Assembly: GCA_965215505.1 (NCBI GenBank)
Contig: OZ244065.1
Coordinates: 1,152,001-1,216,000 of the forward strand
DNA: 64,000 bases
Direction: 5' to 3'
Source of the DNA: Capsulimonadaceae bacterium
GTDB lineage: Bacteria; Armatimonadota; Armatimonadia; Armatimonadales; Capsulimonadaceae
In this document: positions 19,715-29,608 of the stretch, piece after piece
How positions within the stretch are numbered: position 1 is the first letter of the stretch
How the letters are laid out: every line of letters begins with the position of its first letter
Translations under genes and position numbers: made by a program
The notes under the pieces: model-generated
Databases searched by the model: none
Seen by the model: only the letters and a program-made list of their open reading frames with translations
Told to the model about the DNA's origin: nothing

Positions 19715-20614
19715 ATGAAGCACCCCGCCGCGACCGCCGTCACGCCCGCCCTGCTTCGGGACTGGGCACTGCCCCAGCACGATGAAGGCGACGACAAGGA
19801 AGGCCGGGGGCGCATCTTCGTCGTCGGCGGCTCGGCGCAGATCCCCGGCGCGATCCTGCTGGCGGCCCTGGCCTCGCTTCGCGCGGGCGCGGGTCAGCTC
19901 AAGATCGCGACGGCTCAGTCCATCGCCGCTCACGTCGCCGTCGCCGTCCCCGAGTCCTGGGTGCTTCCCCTGCCCGAAACAAGGTCGGGCGGCTTTGACC
20001 CGGCCTGCGCGGACGAGATCGCCGAGAACGCGAACAACGCCAACGCCGTCCTGTTCGGGCCGGGCATGATGGACCCGGAGGCGACCAGCCGCCTACTCCA
20101 CGCCGCCCTGCCGCAGATCCGGAAGCCGACGCTGGTGCTGGACGCTGCGCCGCTGGCCTGCCTGGGGGACGCGCCGGACCTGCTGCACTCGCTGGGAGGC
20201 AACGTCATCGTCACGCCCCACGCGGGCGAGATGGCGGCGATGCTAGGGCGGGACAAGGGGGAGATCAAGGCGGACCCGCAGGGAGCCGCCCTGGAGGCCG
20301 CCGCCAGCCTCCAGGCGGTGGTCGCCATGAAGGGCAGCCAGACCTTTATCGCCGCCCCGGACGGCCAGGTCTATCTTAACCGCTACGGCAACGTCGGCCT
20401 GGCGACTTCGGGGTCGGGGGACACTCTAGCGGGGATCATCGCCGGGTTGGCCGCGCGCGGCGCGCACCCGATGCAGGCGACGGTCTGGGGCGTCTATCTC
20501 CATGCGCGGGCTGGGGACGTGCTGGCGAAGCGCGTCGGCCCGCTGGGATTTTTAGCCCGTGAGCTTCTAGCCGAAATCCCCGCGCTGATGTGCGGGCTGG
20601 GCAAGGACTCGTAA
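19715..20614 (+). CDS. nnrD: ADP/ATP-dependent NAD(P)H-hydrate dehydratase
   Basis: K..RG...VVGGS...PGA, GPGM, VLDA, TPHAGEM, LATSGSGDTLAG. Confidence 0.88.
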   Translation: MKHPAATAVTPALLRDWALPQHDEGDDKEGRGRIFVVGGSAQIPGAILLAALASLRAGAGQLKIATAQSIAAHVAVAVPESWVLPLPETRSGGFDPACADEIAENANNANAVLFGPGMMDPEATSRLLHAALPQIRKPTLVLDAAPLACLGDAPDLLHSLGGNVIVTPHAGEMAAMLGRDKGEIKADPQGAALEAAASLQAVVAMKGSQTFIAAPDGQVYLNRYGNVGLATSGSGDTLAGIIAGLAARGAHPMQATVWGVYLHARAGDVLAKRVGPLGFLARELLAEIPALMCGLGKDS

Positions 20615-20619
20615 GGGCG

Positions 20620-20667
20620 CGGACGGACCGTAGGGGCGCGATGAATTGCGGCCCTATGGTCCGTCCG
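20620..20667. repeat. GTAG-type REP-like long hairpin between convergent genes
   Basis: CGGACGGACCGTAGGG...CCCTATGGTCCGTCCG arms, core GTAGGGGCGCGATGAATTGCGGCCCTA. Confidence 0.6.
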
Positions 20668-21115
20668 GCCCCTCAACGATGGCCTTCAGGTTCCGGTTGC
20701 GCCTGACTAGGAAGCGCAGCATGTAGCGCTTCAGGAACAGCGTATCGGCCAGGACGCCGAGCGGGCCGAGCGGCGAGGTCCACGTCAGGGCGTCCCGCAT
20801 CAGCGTCCCGTCCTCTATGGCCGTGAACGTGTGGACGTGGCACAGGCTCTGGAACGCACCCGAGAGGGACTCGTCGGCGAACAGGACGGGCCGGTCGAGT
20901 TCCGTGATGCGGGATGAGAGCCGCTGCCGGACGCCCAAGTGGGTCGCCTCAAAAGTCAGCACGTCCCCCAGTTCCGCCATTCCCCCCGTTTTCTCCCCAA
21001 CCAGCTTCTCGCGCGTGTGCGACAGCGTCCGCATATGAATGTCCAGGTCACGGCACAGATCGAAGCAGCGCTCGATGGGCGCGTGGATTTCAGTCACTAG
21101 GGTCAAAGTCGGCAA
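20654..21115 (-). CDS. SRPBCC family protein
   Basis: TEIHAPIERCFDL.RDLD.H, ATHLGVRQRL.SRIT, GAF...HVHTF. Confidence 0.85.
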   Translation of the reverse strand: MPTLTLVTEIHAPIERCFDLCRDLDIHMRTLSHTREKLVGEKTGGMAELGDVLTFEATHLGVRQRLSSRITELDRPVLFADESLSGAFQSLCHVHTFTAIEDGTLMRDALTWTSPLGPLGVLADTLFLKRYMLRFLVRRNRNLKAIVEGPDGP

Positions 21116-21237
21116 GATCGGTGGTCTCCTTTGGTTCAGTAGTGCGTTATGAACGCCTCATGCGCGCTGAGACAAAGCCTTCAACCCCAGCGCCGCCTCG
21201 CGCGTTCCATACCTTTGCAGGGATATCACATGAAATG

Positions 21238-21266
21238 TTGACGCGCGGCTGAAACTATGCTACAGT
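21238..21266 (+). promoter_or_regulatory. Putative sigma70 promoter of the large secreted protein gene
   Basis: TTGACG-N17-TACAGT with extended TG. Confidence 0.55.
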
Positions 21267-21469
21267 GTATCTGGCCGGGCGATCTGCTGCAAATTTCGGC
21301 CGCCTGATGTCCGCACATTGACCAGCGTTTCGGTCAGGGAATGGCTGTTTCATGCCGCCATTCTGCCCTTTTAATTCTTGTTGACGGCATTCCGCCCAGA
21401 GTATCGGGCGCGTCCGCCCGGTGGCCTTTGCCCGGCAGAGCCGCCTCAGATAGTCCAAATGGAGACAGA

Positions 21470-24286
21470 ATGAGATCACTTCCGCCCATGTCCGCCCTGG
21501 CTCTTGGTGCCGCCGCCGTCGCTCTGCTTGGAGGGGGTGCCGCCGCCCAGACGCCCCTGGTTCCGCAAGCCGCCGTCCACCAACATCGGCTTGCCGTTCC
21601 CGTCGCCCCGCCCCCCGCTGCGCCCATCCTCTCGGGTGTCAGCGCCATGTCCGCTCCGATTCCGGGCAGCGCCGCCACGAGCGGCCTGCTGGTGCCGCGC
21701 ACCGGCCTCAGCGTGTCGCCCGCCGGCGATTTCTCGTCCGCGCTGATGCCGCCCGTCGTCAGCCCTCTCTCTGCGCTCAGGGGCGTGTTCAGCGCGAGCG
21801 CCTCGACCGGATGGACGTTCGCCGGGCCGGACGGCATCCTGAACGACACCGGCGCGGTTGACGCGGTCGGGGAAACCGCCTCGGGCCGCGTCGCGGCCAT
21901 CGCCGCTGACCCGACCGACGCCACGGACAACACTTTTTATGTGGGCGCGGCCGGGGGCGGCGTCTGGAAGACCACGAACGGCGGCGCGAGCTACATCCCG
22001 CTGACCGACTTCCTGGGCGACACGGCCACCGGCAGCATCGCGGTCGCCCCGAGCGACCACAGCACCCTCTACGTCGGCACCGGCGAGGCCAACTTCTCCG
22101 GCGACTCCAAGTACGGGATCGGCCTGCTGAAGTCCACGGACGGCGGGGCGACCTGGTCGGTCATCCCCGGCCCCGGCGGCGTATTCAACCGCCGCAGCAT
22201 CTCCAAGGTGGTCGTTGACCCGACCAGCGCTTCCACGGTCTATCTGACCATCACCTACAGTGCGAACGGCTTCACCGGCAGCTCGGGCGTCTGGAAGAGC
22301 GTTGACGGCGGCCAGACATGGGCGAACACCACGGCGCTTGTCGGCCTCGACCAGACGAACCCGTACACGGACCTGGTGATTGACCCCATCCACCCGCAGA
22401 CGCTCTACACGGCGGTCGGCTATATCTTTGGGGCCGGTACGAACGGCGTCTACAAGACCACCAACGGGGGCACGACATGGACGCTCCTGAGCGGCCTGCC
22501 CGCGTCGGGATCGAGTACGGGGCGCATCTCGCTCGCCCTGGCGGCTTCGGCACCGCAGACGCTTTACGCCTCGGTCGCCCAGACCATTGGGGCCGGGGCC
22601 GGGCTGTTCGGCCTGTACAAGACGACCGACGGCGGGGCGACCTGGGCGCAGATGACGGCCGCGCCGAACTATCTGGGCGGGCAGGGCTGGTATGATGACG
22701 CGGTCGTGGTCAGCCCCACGGACCCCAACACCGTCTTCGTCGGCGGCGTGGTCAACTACAGCGGGACCTACGGCAGCCTGTTTGCGCTGGCCGGCTCGCA
22801 CGACGGCGGCGTCACCTTCCAGGACTTCTCCATCGGACAGGGCACGCAGGGGCCGCACACGGACTTGCACGCGCTGACCTTCACCGCAGACGGCACCAAA
22901 ATGCTCGACGGCAACGACGGTGGCATCTGGCGGCTGGAGAATCCGTATTCCAACCCCGGCTCGGGCGGCACCGTCAGCCTCACCACGGTGAACTGGACCG
23001 ACCTGAACACCAACCTGGACACGGTCCAGTTCACCGGCATCGCGCTCCACCCGACCGACCCGAAGACCGCCTACGGCGGCTCGCAGGACAACGGCACGGA
23101 GAAAACCACCGGCACCCTGCCGTGGACCGCCGTGCGCGGTGGGGACGGCGGCTTCGTGCGCGTGGACCAGTCCAACCCGCTGACGGTCTACCACGAGTAC
23201 TACGGCATCTCGCTGGAGCGCTCGGATGACGGCGGCGTGACCTGGCGCGGCAGGACGAGCGGCATCAACAAGAGCGACCCGCAGCCCGCCGACGGCGAGG
23301 ACCCGGCGGCCTTCTATGTCCCCTACAAGCTGGACCCGGCCAACCAGTCGCGCGTCATCTATGGCACCGATCATGTCTACGAGTCGGTCAACAAGGGCAA
23401 CAACTTCACCACCATCGGCACGCCGGGCGTGAACGGCTTCAACCCCGGCGATGCGGTCATCAACACCCTGGGCGTCGCTGGCCCCACGGCCTCCTCCCCC
23501 GGCGCGATCTATGTCGCGGCCGGCGGGCACCTTTATGCGACATTCAACGACGGCTCGGCCTGGACCGACGTCAGCATCCCCGGCATCACGCCCTCCTTCA
23601 GCGACATCTACGTCAACCCGCTTGACACCGCCGACGTGATCGCCGCCGTCGGGTCGTTCGGGGGCGGCAAGGTCTACCGCTCCACGAACGGCGGCCAGGC
23701 TTGGGCCAGCATCAGCACGGGCCTGCCGGATGAGCCGTTCAACGCCGTCCTCGCGGACAAAGTCGCCGGCGTTTTGTATGCCGGCGGCGACGACGGCGTC
23801 TACTCCAGCACCAACTTCGGCGGCTCCTGGACCAAACTCAGTACCGGCCTGCCCACCGTGCAGGTCGTGGACCTCGCGCTGACGAACGCGACCGGCATTC
23901 TTGCTGCGGGCACCCACGGGCGCGGCATGTGGACGCTCCCGCTTTCCACCATCCTCGCCAAGCCCAACGTCGCCTTCGGCACCGCCTTCGCCCGCGTCGG
24001 CGGCGTCTTGCAGCTCACGGTCACGCTCCGCAACGCCGGCACGGCCAACACGCCCGTCGGCGTCGGGGCCGCCGACGCCTTCAACCCCGTCATGACCCGC
24101 GTCACCCTCAACGGGGTCGCCGGGGTCCCCGGCACGGGCACCGTCGCCGTCATCCCCGCTTACGGTCAGGCCACCCCGCTCACCTACACCTTCCCCGGTG
24201 CCGCGGCGGGCGCGGGCGTCCTCCAGATCGCCGGCACTTACACCGGCGGCAGTTTCGGCGGCACCATCCGCGTCACCGCGCCCTAG
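21470..24286 (+). CDS. Large secreted BNR/Asp-box (VPS10/GH74-like) beta-propeller protein
   Basis: Signal peptide; repeats GVWKTTNGG..W, KSTDGGATW, SGRV.AIA.DP, HTDLHAL, GNDGG, AGTHGRG.W; GGAG before ATG 21470. Confidence 0.85.
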   Translation: MRSLPPMSALALGAAAVALLGGGAAAQTPLVPQAAVHQHRLAVPVAPPPAAPILSGVSAMSAPIPGSAATSGLLVPRTGLSVSPAGDFSSALMPPVVSPLSALRGVFSASASTGWTFAGPDGILNDTGAVDAVGETASGRVAAIAADPTDATDNTFYVGAAGGGVWKTTNGGASYIPLTDFLGDTATGSIAVAPSDHSTLYVGTGEANFSGDSKYGIGLLKSTDGGATWSVIPGPGGVFNRRSISKVVVDPTSASTVYLTITYSANGFTGSSGVWKSVDGGQTWANTTALVGLDQTNPYTDLVIDPIHPQTLYTAVGYIFGAGTNGVYKTTNGGTTWTLLSGLPASGSSTGRISLALAASAPQTLYASVAQTIGAGAGLFGLYKTTDGGATWAQMTAAPNYLGGQGWYDDAVVVSPTDPNTVFVGGVVNYSGTYGSLFALAGSHDGGVTFQDFSIGQGTQGPHTDLHALTFTADGTKMLDGNDGGIWRLENPYSNPGSGGTVSLTTVNWTDLNTNLDTVQFTGIALHPTDPKTAYGGSQDNGTEKTTGTLPWTAVRGGDGGFVRVDQSNPLTVYHEYYGISLERSDDGGVTWRGRTSGINKSDPQPADGEDPAAFYVPYKLDPANQSRVIYGTDHVYESVNKGNNFTTIGTPGVNGFNPGDAVINTLGVAGPTASSPGAIYVAAGGHLYATFNDGSAWTDVSIPGITPSFSDIYVNPLDTADVIAAVGSFGGGKVYRSTNGGQAWASISTGLPDEPFNAVLADKVAGVLYAGGDDGVYSSTNFGGSWTKLSTGLPTVQVVDLALTNATGILAAGTHGRGMWTLPLSTILAKPNVAFGTAFARVGGVLQLTVTLRNAGTANTPVGVGAADAFNPVMTRVTLNGVAGVPGTGTVAVIPAYGQATPLTYTFPGAAAGAGVLQIAGTYTGGSFGGTIRVTAP

Positions 24287-24315
24287 CCATACGGCAGACG
24301 AAAGAGGACGATCCT

Positions 24316-24882
24316 ATGGAACTAAAACAAACATCCTTCCCCTGCGGCGTGCGGCGCGCGGGCCTGCTGGCCGCCGCCGTGGGCCTGCTGCTGGCCCCGG
24401 CGCTCGCCCGCGCCCAGAGCGTGACGCTCACCTTCCTCAAGCCCGAGCAGTCGGTCTTCCCCAACGGCCCGGTGACCTTCTTCGGCACCATCACGAACAA
24501 CAGCCGCGTCACCGAAACCCTCACCGGCTTCGACTTCGGCGGTCTGGGACAAGACTTCGGCGGGGCGGGCCTGACGGCGGACGCCACGCCCTTCTTCAAC
24601 ATCACCCCGCTCCAACTGACGGCGGGACAGTCCACCGGCTTCGTCAGCCTGTTCACGGTGACCGAAACCCCCGGCACGCTGACCGGGAGTTATGTGAACG
24701 AGTTCGACATCGAGGGTGGGACGGACCCCACAGCCAGCGACCTGCTCGGCGGGGCGCAGTTCACCGTGGACGCCGTGGCCCCGGTGCCCGAAACCTCCAC
24801 GGCGGCCTCGTTCGGGCTGCTGCTGCTGTCGGGTGCGGCGGTTCTGGTCGTCCGGGCGCGTCGAAAATCCTCCCGCGCGTGA
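24316..24882 (+). CDS. PEP-CTERM-like sorted surface protein
   Basis: Signal peptide; C-terminal VPETSTAASFGLLLLSGAAVLVVRARRK. Confidence 0.8.
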   Translation: MELKQTSFPCGVRRAGLLAAAVGLLLAPALARAQSVTLTFLKPEQSVFPNGPVTFFGTITNNSRVTETLTGFDFGGLGQDFGGAGLTADATPFFNITPLQLTAGQSTGFVSLFTVTETPGTLTGSYVNEFDIEGGTDPTASDLLGGAQFTVDAVAPVPETSTAASFGLLLLSGAAVLVVRARRKSSRA

Positions 24883-24907
24883 GGCGGGCGGGAGTAAAAG
24901 AAGGAAT

Positions 24908-24945
24908 GGGGCCGGGCCGGAGTGATCCGGCCCGGCCCCTGTCTT
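24908..24945 (+). terminator. Terminator-like hairpin
   Basis: GGGGCCGGGCCGGA-GTGA-TCCGGCCCGGCCCC between convergent genes. Confidence 0.7.
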
Positions 24946-24968
24946 GTGTCCCATCCTGGATCACCCCG

Positions 24969-25943
24969 TCAGGGGGCGGACACCGCGCCGGTTTCGGCGT
25001 CAATCGTCCACGGGCGATCCGGGGCCACCGACATTGTACCGTCTTTGATCGTGAGCGGCAGCCAGACGTAGCGGGAGTCGGTCAGGTTTTTGGGGTTCCA
25101 CCGGTCGCCGAGGTAGAGGTAGCTGGTCGTTTTGCTGCCGAAGACCAGCAGGATGTAGGCCGTCTGCGAGTCGTAGGTCTTGGTCGCCGGCGGCGCGATG
25201 TCCTTGAAGTCCGACCACGGCCCGGCCATCGAGGGGGCGGTCGCGTACTGGTTCGGGTTCGTGTTCCAGCCCGTCAAACGCGATCCGAGCAGATAGTAGG
25301 TCCCGGCGACCTTGACCACGGCGGGTGCCTCATAGTGCTTGGGGATGAGGGCGACCTCCTTCTCGACGCCGTAGCCCTCCGGCGAGAGCCTCATGAGGGA
25401 GACGCCGCGCTGGCGGTCTTCGAAGACCAGGTAGTTGGTGCCGTCCGTGTCCTGGAACAAGGTCATGTCCCGGCTCTGGTGCCCCGACGGCCCGAAACTG
25501 CCGAGGTAGGTGTAAGGGCCGGTGACAGCCCGGCTCGTCGCCACGCCCACTTTTGCCCCCCCGTAGTTCGCCGAGTCGATGTGCAGGTACATGATGTAGT
25601 TGTGCGTCAGCCGGTTGAAGATCACCTTGGGCCGCTCCACCACGCGGTTCGGCCCCAGGTCGCCGTCGGCCTGGAGGGTCAGGGCGTTGCACTGGAACGT
25701 CCAGTGCGCGAGGTCCGTGGAAGCGTAGCACTTGACGTTTTGGAACGAATACCCCTTCGTCTTGTCCTCGCCGAACCAGTAGAAGGTCTTCCCCACCTGG
25801 ATCATCCCCGCCCCGTGCGCCTGGATGATGTTGCCCGATGTGTCGTGCCAGACCGCGCCCGGCGCGATGGCCTGCGGGGCGGCGTGTGCGGCGGGCGGTA
25901 GGCAGAGGCACAGGGCCAGCGCCCATGCGTTTCTTGTTGACAT
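24969..25943 (-). CDS. GH43 glycoside hydrolase (exo-beta-1,3-galactanase-like, GH43_24)
   Basis: W.DTSGN.IQAHG.G, YWFGE, VERPKVI.N, SRDMTLF.D.DG, EAPA, TGW..N, Y.GDRW. Confidence 0.88.
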   Translation of the reverse strand: MSTRNAWALALCLCLPPAAHAAPQAIAPGAVWHDTSGNIIQAHGAGMIQVGKTFYWFGEDKTKGYSFQNVKCYASTDLAHWTFQCNALTLQADGDLGPNRVVERPKVIFNRLTHNYIMYLHIDSANYGGAKVGVATSRAVTGPYTYLGSFGPSGHQSRDMTLFQDTDGTNYLVFEDRQRGVSLMRLSPEGYGVEKEVALIPKHYEAPAVVKVAGTYYLLGSRLTGWNTNPNQYATAPSMAGPWSDFKDIAPPATKTYDSQTAYILLVFGSKTTSYLYLGDRWNPKNLTDSRYVWLPLTIKDGTMSVAPDRPWTIDAETGAVSAP

Positions 25944-25949
25944 TCACCC

Positions 25950-25978
25950 ATTATAGACGCGGCGGCCAGGCCTGTCAA
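25950..25978 (-). promoter_or_regulatory. Consensus promoter predicting a leaderless GH43 mRNA
   Basis: Minus strand TTGACA-N17-TATAAT-N6-ATG. Confidence 0.8.
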
Positions 25979-26108
25979 CCTCACGCCCGGCGTGCGGCCT
26001 CGCGCACAGGTTTCCGCCGGTGCCCCAGCGGGAATGCTTGACGTGTCGCCCCATCCCCCGGCATCGCCGGGCAATCCTGATCGTGGGGCGGGGAATGGGA
26101 GGAGCAGC

Positions 26109-26639
26109 GTGGCTGATCTGATTACGGGAATGTTTCTGGACCGGGCTGCGGCGGAGCGCGCCGTGGCCGACTTGCAGCAGCTCGGGTATGGGCAGGGCGA
26201 CATCAGCGTCATGATGCACGACCAGACGCGCGCGCGGGACTTCGCGACGGACACCGGCACCAAGGCGGCGGAGGGCGCGGGCGTCGGCGCGGGCATCGGC
26301 GGCACATTGGGCGCGATCATCGCCGCCGTGACCGCGACCGGCAGCGTGGCGGCCGTGGCGGCGACGGGGGGGTTGGCAGCCCCGCTGGTGGCCGGGCCGC
26401 TTGCGGCGGCCCTGGCCGGGGCGGGCGCGGGCGGCCTGGGCGGCGGGCTGATCGGCGGCCTGATTGGGGCTGGCATCCCACAGGACCGGGCGGCGCAGTA
26501 CGAAACCGACCTGAACGCGGGCGGCATCCTGGTGGGGGTCCACGCCAGCGCCGTCAACGCCGCTGAGGTGCAGCGGGTGCTGATGTCCGACGGCGCGGTG
26601 GACGTGCAGGCGGAAGCGGTCGCGAACGGGGCGGTGTAG
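26109..26639 (+). CDS. General stress protein (17M-like, Gly-zipper membrane protein)
   Basis: G.F.DR.AAERAV..L...GY...DISV; GAGVGAGIGG..G; GIP...A..YE..L..GGILV.V; GTG after GGAG. Confidence 0.8.
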   Translation: MADLITGMFLDRAAAERAVADLQQLGYGQGDISVMMHDQTRARDFATDTGTKAAEGAGVGAGIGGTLGAIIAAVTATGSVAAVAATGGLAAPLVAGPLAAALAGAGAGGLGGGLIGGLIGAGIPQDRAAQYETDLNAGGILVGVHASAVNAAEVQRVLMSDGAVDVQAEAVANGAV

Positions 26640-26640
26640 G

Positions 26641-26680
26641 CCCCCCCACCCCAACCCCTCCCGCGAGCGGGAGAGGGGAG
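26641..26680. repeat. CCCCTCCC-N6-GGGAG(A)GGGG palindromic repeat
   Basis: CCCCCCACCCCAACCCCTCCCGCGAGCGGGAGAGGGGAG; related element near 40855-40900. Confidence 0.5.
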
Positions 26681-26768
26681 TTAGACATAAGGGGGTCAGA
26701 CAGAGAGCAGGCGGCTACCCTTTGGGTGACCGCCTGTTCTTGTTTGGGGGGCGTGGTACAATAGGCGC

Positions 26769-27242
26769 ATGGCAGAGAATGACAAAGGGAATGACAACGA
26801 GGCAGAAGCGCCGGTCTGGAACCTGAGCGTCGGGGAATGGGAGACGCTGGTGCGGCGGGCGCGGGCAACGGGCGACGCCCTGGACGACGGGGCCTATGTA
26901 CGGGTGGATACCGAGACGGGCGGGGCGGAACTGGTCTTCTATGCCTCGGCCCTGAACCGGCCGGCGGGCTGGGCGTACCCGTTCCTGGAGACGATCACGG
27001 GCAGCCGCCGGCTGGGGGCTTCGGTGGGCCGGGCGTGGCACGAGGCGGAGACAGGCTCCGTGCAGTTCGAGGTGGCCGTGGTGGCGGCGGCGCAGGAGTT
27101 GGCGGCGGACTATGAGAGCGGGGCATCGGATTTGGACTGGGTGACGTATGAGCAGGCGGTGGCGCGGGCGGTGCGTGGCACGGCAGCGGACGCGGCGTGG
27201 CTGTACCAGGAGTTCGGGCGGCTGGCGACCCTGGAGGGGTAG
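26769..27242 (+). CDS. Hypothetical protein
   Basis: 157-aa ORF with TACAAT 6 nt before ATG. Confidence 0.6.
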   Translation: MAENDKGNDNEAEAPVWNLSVGEWETLVRRARATGDALDDGAYVRVDTETGGAELVFYASALNRPAGWAYPFLETITGSRRLGASVGRAWHEAETGSVQFEVAVVAAAQELAADYESGASDLDWVTYEQAVARAVRGTAADAAWLYQEFGRLATLEG

Positions 27243-27264
27243 AACACGCGGAGGTAGAACACGC

Positions 27265-27352
27265 AGAAGGGCGCACACCCAGGTGCGCCCCTACGGGCGC
27301 AAGGCCGTTGCATCCTGACCGTGTAGGGGCGCACCTGGGTGTGCGCCCTTCT
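27265..27352. repeat. Inverted REP doublet (REPIN/BIME-like)
   Basis: Perfect 30-bp inverted repeat, 27265-27294 and GTAGGGGCGCACCTGGGTGTGCGCCCTTCT 27323-27352. Confidence 0.85.
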
Positions 27353-27366
27353 CTCTCCCGTGCGCC

Positions 27367-27825
27367 CTAATCCACCAGCACCAGCCCCGCGACGCAGTTC
27401 GACTCCAGGGCGTGGACGTAACGGCGCAGGTCGGCGTCGAGTTCGCGCCGGAACTTGCGGCTGAGGCCGAGCGACTCGGCGATGTCGGGCAGGAAGCCCG
27501 GCGGGTCGTAGGCGACGGTGACGGTCAGCGTGACGCCCTTGCCTTTGGGGAGCGCGTCCAGCCGCAAGGACAGGACGTACAGGAACAGCGCGCCGGCGGA
27601 CTGCCAGCAGAGGGTGTTGTCGGCACACATCGTCCGCTCGGCGGCGAATTCCAGGTGGCGGCCTTCCAGGCAGATGACCAGCGCAGCGACGTCCTCGTGG
27701 CCGCCCGGCTCGGCGGCTCGGACGTGCGACAGCAGGCGCGGCAGGGCGCGGACGTCGTTCCACTCGGCCCAGATGTCGCGCCAGGGGACGTTCGCGGTCA
27801 GGGCGACCTCATGCGTGAACTGCAT
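27367..27825 (-). CDS. SRPBCC/polyketide cyclase-like protein
   Basis: W.D...LPR.LSHV, W.S.G, VTV.YDPPG, L..DLRRY. Confidence 0.7.
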   Translation of the reverse strand: MQFTHEVALTANVPWRDIWAEWNDVRALPRLLSHVRAAEPGGHEDVAALVICLEGRHLEFAAERTMCADNTLCWQSAGALFLYVLSLRLDALPKGKGVTLTVTVAYDPPGFLPDIAESLGLSRKFRRELDADLRRYVHALESNCVAGLVLVD

Positions 27826-29159
27826 CAGCCGTGTCCCTTCCCGTCCTGCCCCGTCCCATCCTGCGCCGTGGGGGAGAGCAGGGTCCGGCCGCCGAGGTAA
27901 GGGGCGAGTATGGCGGGCAGGGCAACGCTGCCGTCGGGCTGCTGGTAGGTTTCAAGGAGGGTCGCGACCAGGCGCGGCAGGGCGGTCCCGCTGCCGTTCA
28001 GCAGGTGCGGGAACTCGGGCTTCGCCCCTGGCTCGCGCCGGAAGCGGATACTGCCCCGGCGGGCCTGGAAGTCCTCGCAGTTGGAGCAGGACGACACCTC
28101 CAGCCACAGGTCCGCGCCGGGGGCGTGGATCTCCACGTCGTAGCACTTGGAGGCGGCGAACGAGATGTCCCCCGCCGCCAGCAGCTTGACGCGGTAGGGC
28201 AGGCCCAGGGCCTCCAGGACGTCCGTCGCGTCGGAGAGCAGCGTCTCAAGCTCGGCGTAGGAAGTCTCCGGCAGGGTGTACTTGACCATCTCCACCTTGT
28301 CGAACTGGTGGACGCGCAGCAGCCCGCGCGTGTCCTTGCCCGCCGCGCCGGCCTCGCGCCGCCAGCAGGGGGAGTAGGCCATGTAGTTCAGGGGCAGGTC
28401 GCGCCCATCCAAAATCTCCTCGCGGTGGATGTTGACCAGGGCCGGCTCGGCGGTGGGCAGGGCGAACAGGTCGTCCTCGCCGTCGTGGTACATTTCGGGC
28501 TGGAACTTGGGCAGGTGCGCGCTGGCTTGGACGCTCTCGCGGTTCAGGAAGTACGGCGTCGCCCACTCGGTGTAGCCGTGCCTGTCGCGGTGCAGGTCCA
28601 GCATGAACTGGATCAGGGCGCGCTCCAATCGCGCGCCCCAGCCTTTGTACAGCACGAAGCCGCTGCCGGACAGCTTCGTGCCACGGACGAAATCAATCAG
28701 GTCCAGGTCGGTCGCGAGGTCCCAGTGGGCCTTGGCTTCGAAGTCAAAGCTTCTCGCCTCGCCCCACGTCTTGACGATCAGGAAGTTCTCTTCGGGACCG
28801 GGCGGCGTGTCCTCGGACGGCAGGTTCGGGATGTAGAAGAGCAGGGCGTCGCGCTCGCCTTCCAGCCGCTTGGCCTCGGCGTTCAGGGCGGCGATGCGGT
28901 CCCCGAGGTCGCGCAGGCTGGCCTTGATTGCCTCGGCGTCCTCCTGCTTGCCTTCCTTCATCAGCCGCCCGATGGCCTGGCCGGAGGCCTTGGTCTGTCG
29001 GTTCAGGTCGGCCTGCAAGGCTTCCGCCTCGGACGTGGCCGCGCGCCAGCGGGCGTCGGCGTCCAGGACGGCGTCCACGGCGGCGGTGTCAGCGAGCCGG
29101 GCGGCAAGTCGTTCTTTGACCCGGTCAGGTTCAGCACGGATAAGTTTGATGTCAAGCAT
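27825..29159 (-). CDS. serS: Serine--tRNA ligase
   Basis: MLDIKLIR, LPTAEP, CWRREAGAAGKDTRGLLRVHQFDKVE, EVSSCSNC.DFQARR, LNGSGTA..R. Confidence 0.97.
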   Translation of the reverse strand: MLDIKLIRAEPDRVKERLAARLADTAAVDAVLDADARWRAATSEAEALQADLNRQTKASGQAIGRLMKEGKQEDAEAIKASLRDLGDRIAALNAEAKRLEGERDALLFYIPNLPSEDTPPGPEENFLIVKTWGEARSFDFEAKAHWDLATDLDLIDFVRGTKLSGSGFVLYKGWGARLERALIQFMLDLHRDRHGYTEWATPYFLNRESVQASAHLPKFQPEMYHDGEDDLFALPTAEPALVNIHREEILDGRDLPLNYMAYSPCWRREAGAAGKDTRGLLRVHQFDKVEMVKYTLPETSYAELETLLSDATDVLEALGLPYRVKLLAAGDISFAASKCYDVEIHAPGADLWLEVSSCSNCEDFQARRGSIRFRREPGAKPEFPHLLNGSGTALPRLVATLLETYQQPDGSVALPAILAPYLGGRTLLSPTAQDGTGQDGKGHG

Positions 29160-29236
29160 AAAATTATTTTAGCGCAAAAATGTGGCTTTGACGGCAGGCG
29201 GCAAAAGGGTCATATGTAAGCCAAACAAAATTAACA

Positions 29237-29545
29237 TTAGGCCGCGCTCTGTTCAACCCATTCGCCGGAGGCGGAGCGCACCCAGCGCTTGGTGCCGATA
29301 GCCATCTCAGCACCAGCGTTGTGGTCAATGAACTCTAGCAGAGCAGAGGAGAACCATAGTGCGTCTGGCAGTCCTTCCAGTTGTACAGAAATCGCGTAAT
29401 CATCAACAACCTCACCGATGACTTCACATCCGGTCACGGAGGGGTGCGTTTCGCCATAAACTTGCCCTACTAATCCTGCCAAACCATGTGCAACTGTGAG
29501 AGGCGTTTTTACAACGCGCACATTATCCCCGAAGGAGATTGCCAT
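29237..29545 (-). CDS. Hypothetical protein (lower GC, immunity-like)
   Basis: 102-aa ORF MAISFGDNVRV...G.VYGET.PS.TG.EVIG; lower GC than flanks. Confidence 0.6.
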   Translation of the reverse strand: MAISFGDNVRVVKTPLTVAHGLAGLVGQVYGETHPSVTGCEVIGEVVDDYAISVQLEGLPDALWFSSALLEFIDHNAGAEMAIGTKRWVRSASGEWVEQSAA

Positions 29546-29608
29546 TCTGTCTTCCGGTCTTCGTCTGAAAATAATCTGCGGCTTTAGTCACGATGATGCG
29601 ATAAGAGT

